From contig CAZTVG010000002.1 in assembly GCA_964617015.1 (NCBI GenBank), forward strand, positions 13,077-77,076: a stretch of DNA of 64,000 bases, read 5' to 3'. This document shows positions 54,376 to 63,311 of the stretch, in pieces. The first letter of the stretch is position 1. Each line of letters begins with the position of its first letter. The notes beneath the pieces are model-generated. The model was not told the origin of the DNA, made no database searches, and was given only the letters and a program-made list of their open reading frames with translations. This stretch comes from Candidatus Woesearchaeota archaeon (lineage in GTDB: Archaea; Nanobdellota; Nanobdellia; Pacearchaeales; GW2011-AR1). Made by a program: the position numbers and the translations under genes.

Positions 54376-54623
54376 TGTTTACAATTGAATGGAAAGAGGG
54401 AGCCATTAGACAGCTAGAGAAATTACAACCTCTGCTTTCCAAAAGAATTCTGAAAAAAGTTCTGGAGCTAAAGGAAAATCCTTTTTCAAAAGATATCAAA
54501 AGATTAAAGGGAGAAAAGGCCTTCAGATTAAGAGTTGGGGATTATAGGATACTTTTTGATATAGATTTAAACAAAAAATCCATAACAATCTTAAGGATGG
54601 GACACAGGAAAAACATTTATTAA
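54375..54623 (+). CDS. relE: RelE/ParE-family toxin
   Basis: IRQLEKL...ILKKVLELKENPFSKDIKRLKGEKAFRLRVGDYRILFDIDLNKKSITILRMGHRKNIY is the classic RelE/ParE C-terminal pattern (RLRVGDYR..Y......I.IL...HR...Y). Confidence 0.85.
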   Translation: MFTIEWKEGAIRQLEKLQPLLSKRILKKVLELKENPFSKDIKRLKGEKAFRLRVGDYRILFDIDLNKKSITILRMGHRKNIY

Positions 54624-54771
54624 ACTTCCACAAAATTTATAATTCATAGTTTCTTTCAAATAAAATGATTGCAAAAATCTGCGAATTCTGTGGTAATAAA
54701 CCAGAAGCAAAATCAAAAATTAAAAGGTATATTAAATCATTAGGAGGTAACGAAAAATCCCTCATCAGTGC

Positions 54772-55182
54772 GTGAAGTGCTCAAGAATTATCTCTCCGGG
54801 AAGCAGGGAGCTGTTAGAAGGCTGTGGAGAATGCGGCGGTCATTTTTTCTTTTATATCAGGGATGAACAGATAAACAACATTAAAGAAAAACTAATTGAA
54901 ATTCCAACAGAAGAAAAGAAACAGATTGAAAAAGATATAAGGGAAATGGTGGGAATAACTGACGAGCAGGCACCGGTCATTCTTGATATAGAATCAATAA
55001 GAATTACAGGGGAGGGAAAATTCGAGCTGGACATTGTAAAGCTTTTCAGAAAAGACAGGCCTCTGATTTACAAATTAGAAGAAGGTAAATATATCATTGA
55101 CCTTGCATCCACGCTAAGCGCAAATATAAAAGACATAAAAGGAATAAAAAATCCTGATGACAAGAAAAATAAGGAACGTTAA
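54772..55182 (+). CDS. Zn-ribbon-containing archaeal protein (DUF2072-like)
   Basis: KCSRIISPGSRELLEGCGECGGHFFFY is a zinc-ribbon-like N-terminus with only one complete CxxC pair. The start (GTG) is uncertain. Confidence 0.45.
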   Translation: MKCSRIISPGSRELLEGCGECGGHFFFYIRDEQINNIKEKLIEIPTEEKKQIEKDIREMVGITDEQAPVILDIESIRITGEGKFELDIVKLFRKDRPLIYKLEEGKYIIDLASTLSANIKDIKGIKNPDDKKNKER

Positions 55183-56494
55183 TTCTGTCTTAAAAGAGGT
55201 TTTACAGAGAGTAGAGCCATCTGAAGAAGAGCTAAAAATAATTGAAGATTCGCTCCATGAATTTCTGGACCAGCTTAACAAAAGACTCAAAGCTTCAAAA
55301 ATAAATGCAGAGATTTTTCTTGGGGGAAGCTTTGCAAAAGGAACAATAATAAAAAAGGACCTGTATGATATTGATATTTTTGTAAGGTTTGACAAGGAGC
55401 ATAAGGAAAATGAACTTTCAAGGCTGACAGGAAGAATTCTCAGGGGGATAAAAAATGTCTCTTTAATTCATGGCTCAAGAGATTACTTCAGAGTAAATGC
55501 TTCCAAAAATTTGGTTTTTGAGATCATCCCTGTAAAAAAAATAAAAAATCCAAAAGAAGCAGAAAACATAACAGACCTTTCTTATGCTCATGTTAATTAC
55601 ATAAAAAGAAAACTAAAAAACAAAAAGCTTCCTGATGAAATAAGACTTGCAAAGGCTTTTTGCCACGCAAACAACTGTTATGGAGCTGAATCATACATAA
55701 GAGGATTTTCAGGATATGCCCTTGAGCTTTTGGTTTATCATTACAACAGTTTTCTCAAATTTATCCATGCCATGTCAAAAATTAAAGAGAGACAAAAGGC
55801 TAAGCCTTTAGCTACTTCGTCTACAAGCAGCCAGAGTAAAGAAATAATAGATATAGAAAAACATTATAAAAACAAAAATCAGGTTTTAATGGACATTAAC
55901 GCCTCAAAGCTCTATTCTCCGGTAATTCTCATAGATCCCACATACAAGCAAAGGAATGTCTTGGCTGCGCTTTCTGAGGAAACCTTCAGGAAATTCAGAA
56001 AAGCCTGTCAGGATTTCTTGAAAAATCCTCATCCTGAAATGTTTGAATCAAAAAAAATAAATCTTGAAAAAATAAGGAAAAATGCAAAAAAAAGGGGATA
56101 TGGGTATGTCCTGCTGAAAGCAAAAACCAGTAAGCAGGAAGGGGATATTGCGGGAAGCAAGTTACTGAAATTCTACAAGCATCTTGTACATGAAACTGAA
56201 AGGTTTTTTGAAATCAAGGGCAGGGGTTTTGAATATCAGGGCAAAAAATCTGCAAGGTATCTTTTTGTTGTTAAAAAGAAAAAGGAAATTTTAATTTCAG
56301 GACCTGATATTAATGATAAAAAGAATGTCATAAGATTTAAAAAAAAGCATAAAAAAGTATTTGTTAAGAATAAAAAATTTTATTCAAAAGAGAAAACCAA
56401 GGTAACATTGACGGCATTTATTCAGAATTGGAAGAAAAAACACAGGAAAAGAATCAAAGATATGTATATTACCAGGCTGGAATTTATTTTTTAA
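55157..56494 (+). CDS. cca: CCA-adding enzyme (archaeal class I tRNA nucleotidyltransferase)
   Basis: VLKEVLQRVEPSEEE...AEIFLGGSFAKGTIIKKDLYDIDIFVRF matches the archaeal GS.A+GT......D.D.FV motif. The 445-aa length is typical. The function is consistent with tRNA genes that lack an encoded CCA. Confidence 0.8.
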   Translation: MTRKIRNVNSVLKEVLQRVEPSEEELKIIEDSLHEFLDQLNKRLKASKINAEIFLGGSFAKGTIIKKDLYDIDIFVRFDKEHKENELSRLTGRILRGIKNVSLIHGSRDYFRVNASKNLVFEIIPVKKIKNPKEAENITDLSYAHVNYIKRKLKNKKLPDEIRLAKAFCHANNCYGAESYIRGFSGYALELLVYHYNSFLKFIHAMSKIKERQKAKPLATSSTSSQSKEIIDIEKHYKNKNQVLMDINASKLYSPVILIDPTYKQRNVLAALSEETFRKFRKACQDFLKNPHPEMFESKKINLEKIRKNAKKRGYGYVLLKAKTSKQEGDIAGSKLLKFYKHLVHETERFFEIKGRGFEYQGKKSARYLFVVKKKKEILISGPDINDKKNVIRFKKKHKKVFVKNKKFYSKEKTKVTLTAFIQNWKKKHRKRIKDMYITRLEFIF

Positions 56495-56500
56495 TTCCCT

Positions 56501-56866
56501 CTAGATTACTTCATGAAATGTTACTGGCCCGTATTCATGTTTTCCAAAATATAAAGAGGCTCCATTTTCAAGAGGTGTTATTTCAGTTAAAGGATTGTCA
56601 TTTATTTTTGTCCCATTTTTTGAATGATCTTGAATGTAAAATCTTCTTTCATCTTCATTGTAAATTATTGTCGCATGTTCTTTTGAAATTGACTTTCGTA
56701 TAAATCCTGGAACATCCCCTTCTACTAAAAAAATATTTGCTGCGCTTTTTCTTTCATGCCCCTCTTCTTTTCTTCCAATAACTAATTCACTTCCATACTT
56801 TTTTACTAAATCTGTTAAATTAAAAGTCTTTCCTGTCCAATTTTCTTCCAGTGTTGCATTTTTCAT
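56501..56866 (-). CDS. FHA-domain protein
   Basis: LVIGRKEE....ISKEHATIIYNEDERRFYIQDHSKNGTKINDNPL....LENGASLYFG carries the FHA signature (G-R ... S..H ... S.NGT.). Confidence 0.75.
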   Translation of the reverse strand: MKNATLEENWTGKTFNLTDLVKKYGSELVIGRKEEGHERKSAANIFLVEGDVPGFIRKSISKEHATIIYNEDERRFYIQDHSKNGTKINDNPLTEITPLENGASLYFGKHEYGPVTFHEVI

Positions 56867-57645
56867 TTTTCGCCTCCGATAGCTTTCTCGAAAAGGGTTG
56901 CAAAAGCCTTGGCAAAGAATTCAGAATTAAGCCAGATTGCAACATCTTCATTGGTGTTATCTCTGGACAGGTAAAATATTATCTCTTTTCTGTCTATTAT
57001 AAAGAATTTTGCGTCTATGTTTATCTTCCTTATTTTAATTTTAAGACTGTCTTTTATTTTTGCGATAAGCCTCTCATCTCCTGAGAGTGCAACCTTTAAT
57101 TTTATATCTGATTTTTTAAGGGTTTCAAGCGTTTGCTGGAAAAGTTTTATTTTTGAATTCACATCTTCGGCATTCGTGCAGATTATAACTTCTTTTTTTG
57201 CGTTCTGGAGAATTTCCCTTAAGTAATTTGCTATGTTTGCTCTTCCTTTCAGTGATGCAGATAAATCCTCGCGTTTCACAGGATTTAATCCTTCTTTGTA
57301 AAGCTCTTCAAGTTTTGTGAATTCGTTTGTGCTTTTTATGTTTGAGAGACTTACTATTCTCTCTTCAGCATTATTTCTGACATTATTTTTTAGTTTCTCA
57401 AGAATTATGTATGGTTTGACTCCAAGGTACTTCACAGGTTTTCCAAGCTTTACGATTGCGAAACCTTTTTTTTCAAGGCTTTCAAGTACATCATAAGTTC
57501 TTGACCTAGGAACACTGGAAATCTCTGCTATTTCTCCTGCAGAAGCCACGCCTTTTCCAAGCAAAGCCAGCCAGACTTTTGTCTCATATACATTCAAGTC
57601 AAAATAATCCTTGATTTTGCTTACTAATTCTTGTTTTACGAGCAT
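56863..57645 (-). CDS. TrmB-family transcriptional regulator
   Basis: VYETKVWLALLGKGVASAGEIAEISSVPRSRTYDVLESLEKKGFAIV. It is a paralogue of the gene at 15628-16434. Confidence 0.85.
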   Translation of the reverse strand: MLVKQELVSKIKDYFDLNVYETKVWLALLGKGVASAGEIAEISSVPRSRTYDVLESLEKKGFAIVKLGKPVKYLGVKPYIILEKLKNNVRNNAEERIVSLSNIKSTNEFTKLEELYKEGLNPVKREDLSASLKGRANIANYLREILQNAKKEVIICTNAEDVNSKIKLFQQTLETLKKSDIKLKVALSGDERLIAKIKDSLKIKIRKINIDAKFFIIDRKEIIFYLSRDNTNEDVAIWLNSEFFAKAFATLFEKAIGGEK

Positions 57646-57926
57646 TTTCTTTTGGTTAAAATTTTACCTAATCTCCCCACTAAGGCTAAGTCTGCAATTT
57701 GAGAGTTACCCTTTAAATCTTCTGACGCTTCCTCACATAGTCTTCCTATATCATCGCCATGAACTTGAACATTAACTCCTCTAAAAACAGCAACCTTTTT
57801 TTCCCTACTTCTTAATCTAGGTTCTGTACCCTTATCAAAATATCTGGGAAAATAGGCCTCAGGTCCGCCATCTTCAGGACTAAACCTCCCTATCAAAACA
57901 TTTCCATAATCTGATTGTATTGTCAT
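57636..57926 (-). CDS. Hypothetical protein (operon with TrmB and FHA genes)
   Basis: 96-aa ORF that overlaps the TrmB start by 10 nt. No motif recognised. Confidence 0.45.
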   Translation of the reverse strand: MTIQSDYGNVLIGRFSPEDGGPEAYFPRYFDKGTEPRLRSREKKVAVFRGVNVQVHGDDIGRLCEEASEDLKGNSQIADLALVGRLGKILTKRKCS

Positions 57927-57927
57927 T

Positions 57928-58176
57928 TTAGTTTTGTAATAGTAATCTAGACAAATTTAGTGAGTTAATAGATAGTAATTCTTCAAGGTCTGCCCATTCT
58001 TCTTCTCTTAATCTCCTATGTAAATTACTTGATGTAAGATTATATATTGTGTTTTGTATTTCATCAAGTTGTTTTCTATTTGTGTCTACTCTTGAAGGGT
58101 TTTGGTTGTAGTAACTTATTATTTCCTGATACCTTTCAAGGTTTGCTTTCAATATTTCTGAATAGTTTCTTTCCAT
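57928..58176 (-). CDS. Hypothetical helical protein (first gene of the TrmB/FHA operon)
   Basis: 82-aa ORF, 1 nt upstream of the next gene. Confidence 0.45.
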   Translation of the reverse strand: MERNYSEILKANLERYQEIISYYNQNPSRVDTNRKQLDEIQNTIYNLTSSNLHRRLREEEWADLEELLSINSLNLSRLLLQN

Positions 58177-58283
58177 AATAAAAATCCATAGAAATCCTTA
58201 CTTATAAAGCTTATGGTTTTGTTACTTTCCTAGAGTGAGAACACTTTGGAAAAGTTTAAAAGGTTGGGATTTATGGGTGAATT

Positions 58284-58622
58284 ATGACACAAAGAGAATT
58301 ATCTGGTGATGAAGCAAAAATTTATGGTGAGTACATAGGAAAATATGTAATTTTATTTCCTGCTCAAGGATCAAGTTATTCAGGAAAATTAGTGAATATT
58401 GAGAAAGGTCATGCTATTTTAAATCCTCATCAAGGAGCAGAGTTTAGTAAAACAAAGGGCCTTACAAGAAAACTAATTCCTAAAAATGCAAAGGTTAGAT
58501 TAGAATATATTATAACAATAGAGCCTACGACTAAAGAAGATTTGGAAGCTTATTGTGAATTTCAGAATGAACAAGATGTTTTAGAGTTAAAAAAGAGAAA
58601 ATCTAAACCAAAAGATAACTAA
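58284..58622 (+). CDS. Hypothetical protein
   Basis: 112-aa ORF. YVILFPAQGSSYSGKLVNIEKGHAILNP is weakly Sm/SH3-like. Not assignable. Confidence 0.45.
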   Translation: MTQRELSGDEAKIYGEYIGKYVILFPAQGSSYSGKLVNIEKGHAILNPHQGAEFSKTKGLTRKLIPKNAKVRLEYIITIEPTTKEDLEAYCEFQNEQDVLELKKRKSKPKDN

Positions 58623-58640
58623 TCAAGATTCCTCATAAAT

Positions 58641-59378
58641 ATGTCAAGAAAAATCTCTGATAAAACAAAGCAATTAATACAAAAATTGCATAATAAAGGT
58701 TTAAGTGTTAGAGAAATAGCTAGAAAAGTTAATGTTTCTTATCCAATAGTATGGGAATATACAAAGGCGAAGAAAAGAGGGTTTAAATCTTACAGTGAGT
58801 ATCGAGAGTATTTAGTTAAAAAAAGAGGGTTTGAATCATTAAGTGAGTATAATGAAGATTTAGCTAGAAAGAAAGGGTTTGGATCATATAATAAGTATCG
58901 GGAATATTTAGCTAGACAGAGAGGGTTTGAATCATTTTATGAATATCAGAATCATTTAGCTAGACAAAAAGGGTTTGGATCTTACAGTGAGTATCAAGAA
59001 TGTTTAGTTAATCAGAGAGGGTTTGGATCATATAATAAGTATCAAAAATATTTAGCTAGACAAAAAGGGTTTGAATCATTAAGTGAGTATCAAGAAAATT
59101 TAGTTAGACAGAGAGGGTTTGAGTCATTAAGTGAGTATCATGAGCATTTAGCTAAACAAAGACAAAAAAGACCTGAAAATCGAGAATTAAGCGACTTAAT
59201 AAAAAGAAGTTTGAAAAAGCTTGGAAAAAATCAATCCTGGCTAGCTAGTCAAATAAAGGTTTCAAGAGAATCTGTTTCTAAGTATGCACAAGGAAAAAGA
59301 ACACCAAATAGAGAAAAATTAAAAAGATTGTTTTCTGTACTTGATGTTCCATACAGAACTTTAGATGATTTATTGTAA
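58641..59378 (+). CDS. Dual-HTH protein with eight tandem 16-aa repeats
   Basis: N-terminal HTH (LHNKGLSVREIARKVNVSYPIVWEY) and C-terminal XRE-like HTH (QSWLASQIKVSRESVSKYAQGKRTPNREKL). They flank 8 x [R/K]GF[E/G/K]S[L/Y/F][S/N/Y][E/K]Y[x][E/N/K][x]L[A/V][R/K/N][Q/K]. Confidence 0.7.
   Translation: MSRKISDKTKQLIQKLHNKGLSVREIARKVNVSYPIVWEYTKAKKRGFKSYSEYREYLVKKRGFESLSEYNEDLARKKGFGSYNKYREYLARQRGFESFYEYQNHLARQKGFGSYSEYQECLVNQRGFGSYNKYQKYLARQKGFESLSEYQENLVRQRGFESLSEYHEHLAKQRQKRPENRELSDLIKRSLKKLGKNQSWLASQIKVSRESVSKYAQGKRTPNREKLKRLFSVLDVPYRTLDDLL
58776..59159 (+). repeat. Eight tandem 48-bp coding repeats
   Basis: Units of the form agagggtttgaatcattaagtgagtatcaagaaaatttagttagacag recur head-to-tail with point differences. 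They encode RGFESLSEYQENLVRQ-type 16-mers. Confidence 0.9.
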
Positions 59379-59386
59379 GATAATTA

Positions 59387-60286
59387 TTAAAAAATCAGAT
59401 AACTAACCAAGATTCCTGCGAAAATTCCTCCTGTGATGAAAGGCATTGCAGGATAAAACTTCCTTTTTTCTGCAAAGAAGAATAAATATGCCAGGCCGAG
59501 AGTTGCTCCCAGAGCAACAAGCAAGGCAGACACAATTCCCAGTGTCTTAAGCATAACACCTGCAGCGATTATCGGAAAGACTATGTCTCCTCCCCCAAGA
59601 ATTGCCACATTTATCTTAATTTTCTTTTTGTTAAGCTGTGACCTGCTTAAGGTCTTCTTTAATTTTGCTATTCTGATTTTGACGTTTTTTGAGAGATAAG
59701 GGACAAAAAATCCTGAAAAAATCTTTAATTGTTTGATTTGATATTTTGCCATTTTCTGCATAATTCCTGAGTGCCAGACAGCCCAGATATCATAGATGGA
59801 AATCAAGACCAAAAGCCCTACAATGGTGAGCACATTCAAGATTGGAACAAAAACAGCTGCAATCCCAGGATAAATCAGAAGTTCTGTAAAGTTATGGACA
59901 AGAAAATTTCTTCCATAAATCTTTATGAACGCAAGAGGAAGAGCTATGAGAAGGGAAAAAGTTAAAGCATAGTTGAGGGGAGAAAGAACACTAAAGAAAA
60001 ATATTGAAAGTGCAAGCAAAACAACAACAAAAAACCAGAGCCTTAAAACAAACTCAATTTTAAATCTTGTCAGAAAGAAGAACAAAAGAATCGCTATGAT
60101 GAATGCTGTTATTATTACTGGAAAAATGCTGTAGTAATCAGATTCTTTCTCTATTTTAGGGGGCTCTAATCCGAATGGAAGCACGTTGTCAGGGACAAGA
60201 TAATGATTAACAGTATAAATCCCTATCATCTGAGTCACAATAAACATTACCAGAAGAATAGCTGTAATTTTCAGATTATGTTTCAT
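59387..60286 (-). CDS. Presenilin/signal-peptide-peptidase-like intramembrane aspartyl protease (A22 family)
   Basis: A polytopic membrane protein with the YD motif (LISIYDIWAVW), the GxGD motif (AILGGGDIVFPI) and a PAL-like motif (YPAMPFITGG) in the canonical order. Confidence 0.8.
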   Translation of the reverse strand: MKHNLKITAILLVMFIVTQMIGIYTVNHYLVPDNVLPFGLEPPKIEKESDYYSIFPVIITAFIIAILLFFFLTRFKIEFVLRLWFFVVVLLALSIFFFSVLSPLNYALTFSLLIALPLAFIKIYGRNFLVHNFTELLIYPGIAAVFVPILNVLTIVGLLVLISIYDIWAVWHSGIMQKMAKYQIKQLKIFSGFFVPYLSKNVKIRIAKLKKTLSRSQLNKKKIKINVAILGGGDIVFPIIAAGVMLKTLGIVSALLVALGATLGLAYLFFFAEKRKFYPAMPFITGGIFAGILVSYLIF

Positions 60287-60504
60287 ATTAATTTAGCAAT
60301 AAGTTTTTTAGTTGAAAACAAAATAAAGATGCCAATCAGGACAGATATCCACAAGCTAAGTTCATGCCTGTTCGGAAACAAATAAATGTCCAAAAGCCCC
60401 CATGTACCTCTCCAGAAAGCAACAATAGCAAATCCTAAAAAGATTGCCTTAAAGACTTTCTTCAGTGTTCTCTCATTTTTCCCCTCTTTTTTACCTTTCA
60501 TCAT
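60283..60504 (-). CDS. Small membrane protein (hypothetical)
   Basis: 73 aa with two TM helices. There is a 4-nt overlap with the presenilin-like gene. Confidence 0.45.
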   Translation of the reverse strand: MMKGKKEGKNERTLKKVFKAIFLGFAIVAFWRGTWGLLDIYLFPNRHELSLWISVLIGIFILFSTKKLIAKLI

Positions 60505-60533
60505 ATCTCATACAAAAAAAGAACTTTTAAGTT

Positions 60534-62417
60534 TTATCTGAGCCTCACTGTTTCTAAAATTCTCGGAACATTTGTTTCCACGCGGTTAAGTTTGTAGAGC
60601 GCTGAGGCAATATCAAGGCACTTGGAAACTTCTCCATGGTTTATCATAATTCTTTTTGGTTTTGGCCTCATGTTGTTAAAAAAAGACATTATTTCATTTC
60701 TTCCGGCGTGAGCGCTTAAACCGTCAATAGTGTGAACCTCAAATTTCACGTCAACAGTTTCCTCGCGGCCATCAACACTCATTTTTGTTTCCTTTAATCC
60801 TTCCTGAACCTGTCTTCCCAAACTTCCTACTCCCTGATAGCATACAAAAATTAGTGAGTTCTTTTCATTTCCTGCAAACTCCCTGAAATATTCGACAGAA
60901 GCCCCTCCAACAAGCATGCCTGATGTTGCAAGAACAAGACATGGTTCCCCTTCTATAACTTTTTTTCTTTCCTGGGGTGAACCAACACGGGAAAAGATAT
61001 CTGAAACAAAAGGATTTTTTTCCTGAAAAATAGATGTGCGGACACTATTGCTCAAAAAGTCAGGATAAGCTGTATGAATTGCATTGATGTCCCAAATCAT
61101 TCCATCTATGTAAACAGGGATTTTTTTCATCTTTCCTGATTTTATTGCGTCTTCTATGATGAGTATTGTCTCCTGGGCACGGCCAAGTCCGAGTTCTGGA
61201 ATCAAAACCTTGCCGCCTCTTTCAATTGTTTTTTTTATTAAATCAAGCAGTTTTCCCTCTGATTCAATTCTCGGAGGCAGGATGTCATATTTTGCACCAT
61301 ATGTTGCTTCTGTAAGAACTGACTCTACTCTCGGGAAGCTGTTTATTGCAGGATCGAGAAGCCTTGTTTTTGCGTACTTGTAATCTGCTGTATAGATAAA
61401 ATTATGCAGGCCATTGCCGATGTTGAAGTGAACCATTGCGCTGCCAAGGGCGTGTCCTGAATTGTAGAAAGTCATCCTTATATCAGGCGTTATGTCCGTA
61501 ACTTCATTGAAGTTCAGACAGATGGTATGTTTTACCATTTCTTTTATGTCTTTTGAATTAAAGAGGGGTGTTGCTGCCTGCTTGTATGCAACTCCTATAA
61601 AGTCCAGAGACATGAGAGCTGCAAGATCCATTGTCGGATGGGTCATATAAGTTGGTCCTCTGTATCCCATCTTGTAAAGATAAGGAAGTAAACCAACATG
61701 GTCAAGATGTGCGTGGCTTAATACAATGGCATCCAGTTCACTTATATTAAATTCAGGAATATCAAAATAAGGAAATCTTTCTTTTCCCTGGCTTGCCACA
61801 TCTATCCCGCAGTCAATAAGGACCTTTGAATTTGGTGTCTGAAGAAGCAGACAGCTTCTGCCTACCTGCCTTGCCCCACCCAGGAAAGTCAATCTTATCC
61901 ATTCCTCGACCTTCTCGGGGTTCCATTCTTTGTAAATCTTTTTCCCGATGTTGTTCAAAAATCTTCTTCTGTAATTGTTGTTTGCATAAAGAACTTCCCT
62001 TATGCTCTCTGTTATCTGGCTTTTTATTGCAGGAGATCTCTGAATCTGCGGCGTCCATAGTGTGATTCTCTTTATTTCATTCAGTATAGAACCCTGTTTT
62101 CCTATGACCATTCCAGGCCTCTTCGCCTCTATTACAACAATGCTCCTGTGGAAGTCAAAAATAATATTTGTGATTTCGGCTTCTTCAGGAACAATTCTTT
62201 TTATCTCTGCCTGTGTTTTTTCCTGCTCAGGAAGAATTTTCTGGTCTGCCCTCAGCTCTATTCTTTTCTTCAGTTCATCAACTATTTCTTTTATTTTTCC
62301 TTCTCCTTCTCTGAAGAATTTTTCATTGTCTGTATAAAGAACAATATTGGCTCCCTCAAAATTAGCCTCTGTAATACTGCTCTGCAACTTGTTTGTTATA
62401 TGTTTCAGAATGTCCAT
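60534..62417 (-). CDS. aCPSF1 (KH-domain beta-CASP metallo-beta-lactamase ribonuclease)
   Basis: N-terminal KH-like region (VIGKQGSILNEIK), MBL motif LSHAHLDHVG, and beta-CASP region with ATSGMLVGG. The 627-aa length is typical of archaeal CPSF1. Confidence 0.9.
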   Translation of the reverse strand: MDILKHITNKLQSSITEANFEGANIVLYTDNEKFFREGEGKIKEIVDELKKRIELRADQKILPEQEKTQAEIKRIVPEEAEITNIIFDFHRSIVVIEAKRPGMVIGKQGSILNEIKRITLWTPQIQRSPAIKSQITESIREVLYANNNYRRRFLNNIGKKIYKEWNPEKVEEWIRLTFLGGARQVGRSCLLLQTPNSKVLIDCGIDVASQGKERFPYFDIPEFNISELDAIVLSHAHLDHVGLLPYLYKMGYRGPTYMTHPTMDLAALMSLDFIGVAYKQAATPLFNSKDIKEMVKHTICLNFNEVTDITPDIRMTFYNSGHALGSAMVHFNIGNGLHNFIYTADYKYAKTRLLDPAINSFPRVESVLTEATYGAKYDILPPRIESEGKLLDLIKKTIERGGKVLIPELGLGRAQETILIIEDAIKSGKMKKIPVYIDGMIWDINAIHTAYPDFLSNSVRTSIFQEKNPFVSDIFSRVGSPQERKKVIEGEPCLVLATSGMLVGGASVEYFREFAGNEKNSLIFVCYQGVGSLGRQVQEGLKETKMSVDGREETVDVKFEVHTIDGLSAHAGRNEIMSFFNNMRPKPKRIMINHGEVSKCLDIASALYKLNRVETNVPRILETVRLR

Positions 62418-62542
62418 CTTTTATTATTTTAAAAATCTAAAATTGTAAGTATTGTCAAGAGTATAAAGCGAATTGATTTGTAATTGGTATTTTTAATGAT
62501 ATTGTTATATTAATTATTCTGGTTTTAACAGATAGTTTATGA

Positions 62543-63229
62543 TTACTTCTTTCTCTCTCTGTATTCATGAACAATTTCATGCTCAACCGCTTTCTTGATT
62601 CCGTCTTTTGTTATAGTAAAAACATCAATTCCATATCCAGAACCAATGTCTCTCTGTGTTGAAGCCTTTACAGCTTCAATAGCAAGCTCCACACCTTCCT
62701 TGACAGACATATTTTCCTTATACTGTCTTTCCAGAAGTCCAAGAACATAAGGCATTCCAGAACCAAAATTTGCGTCATAATCTTCTACTTTAACAACACT
62801 GCCTGCAGGTTCTATTGTGTATAATTCTGTAGAGCCATCTTCATCAAATCCTCCAATCAGAGTTCCGACAATATTTGGAATCATAGAAGACTGTCTTATC
62901 TGAGAGTATGTTACTGTGGAAAAAAGATTTGCAGCTTGTTTTACAGTTGGTCTTGTCCTTGACCTGAGTTCCTTTAATTTAAGTTCTGCAGCAATTATTT
63001 TTACAAGTCTTTGTGAATCTGCTACTCCTCCTGTCCACGAACCAACAAGATAATCTGTTATTTGTCTTACTTTTTGCTTACTTTTATTCACAACCAAGTT
63101 TCCTGCAGTTGTTTGCCTGTCAGCAGCCATTACAACTCCGTCTCTGCAGACTATTCCCAAGATAGTTGTTCCTGTTTTTAAAATTGAATTTTTCAGTTCT
63201 GCATCCATTTTATTTAGTAGTATCCCCAC
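62543..63229 (-). CDS. psmB: Proteasome subunit beta
   Basis: Propeptide, then GTTILGIVCRDGVVMAADRQTTAGNLVVNKSKQKV... and GSGMPYVLG. Confidence 0.9.
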   Translation of the reverse strand: MGILLNKMDAELKNSILKTGTTILGIVCRDGVVMAADRQTTAGNLVVNKSKQKVRQITDYLVGSWTGGVADSQRLVKIIAAELKLKELRSRTRPTVKQAANLFSTVTYSQIRQSSMIPNIVGTLIGGFDEDGSTELYTIEPAGSVVKVEDYDANFGSGMPYVLGLLERQYKENMSVKEGVELAIEAVKASTQRDIGSGYGIDVFTITKDGIKKAVEHEIVHEYRERKK

Positions 63230-63311
63230 TTAATCTTATTTAGAAAAACCTATAAATTTTAGAGAGAATGCTATTTTATAAAGTTTTCGGAAGATAGGAA
63301 AATAACAATAG

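Noticed and set aside
54665-54775. 36-aa ORF with a CxxC (MIAKICEFCGNKPEAK...) overlapping the start of the Zn-ribbon gene, considered as a frameshifted N-terminal knuckle
   Set aside because: Its CxxC would lie about 45 residues from the GCGECGG pair. That is far more than the ~12-15 residues expected in this zinc ribbon, and the rest of the peptide does not resemble the family. It cannot be resolved without orthologue alignment.
58776-59159. The regular 48-bp tandem repeats, considered as a possible CRISPR array or minisatellite
   Set aside because: The repeats are contiguous with no unique spacers. They keep a single open reading frame and encode a conserved 16-aa unit inside a 245-aa protein. 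No cas genes are nearby.
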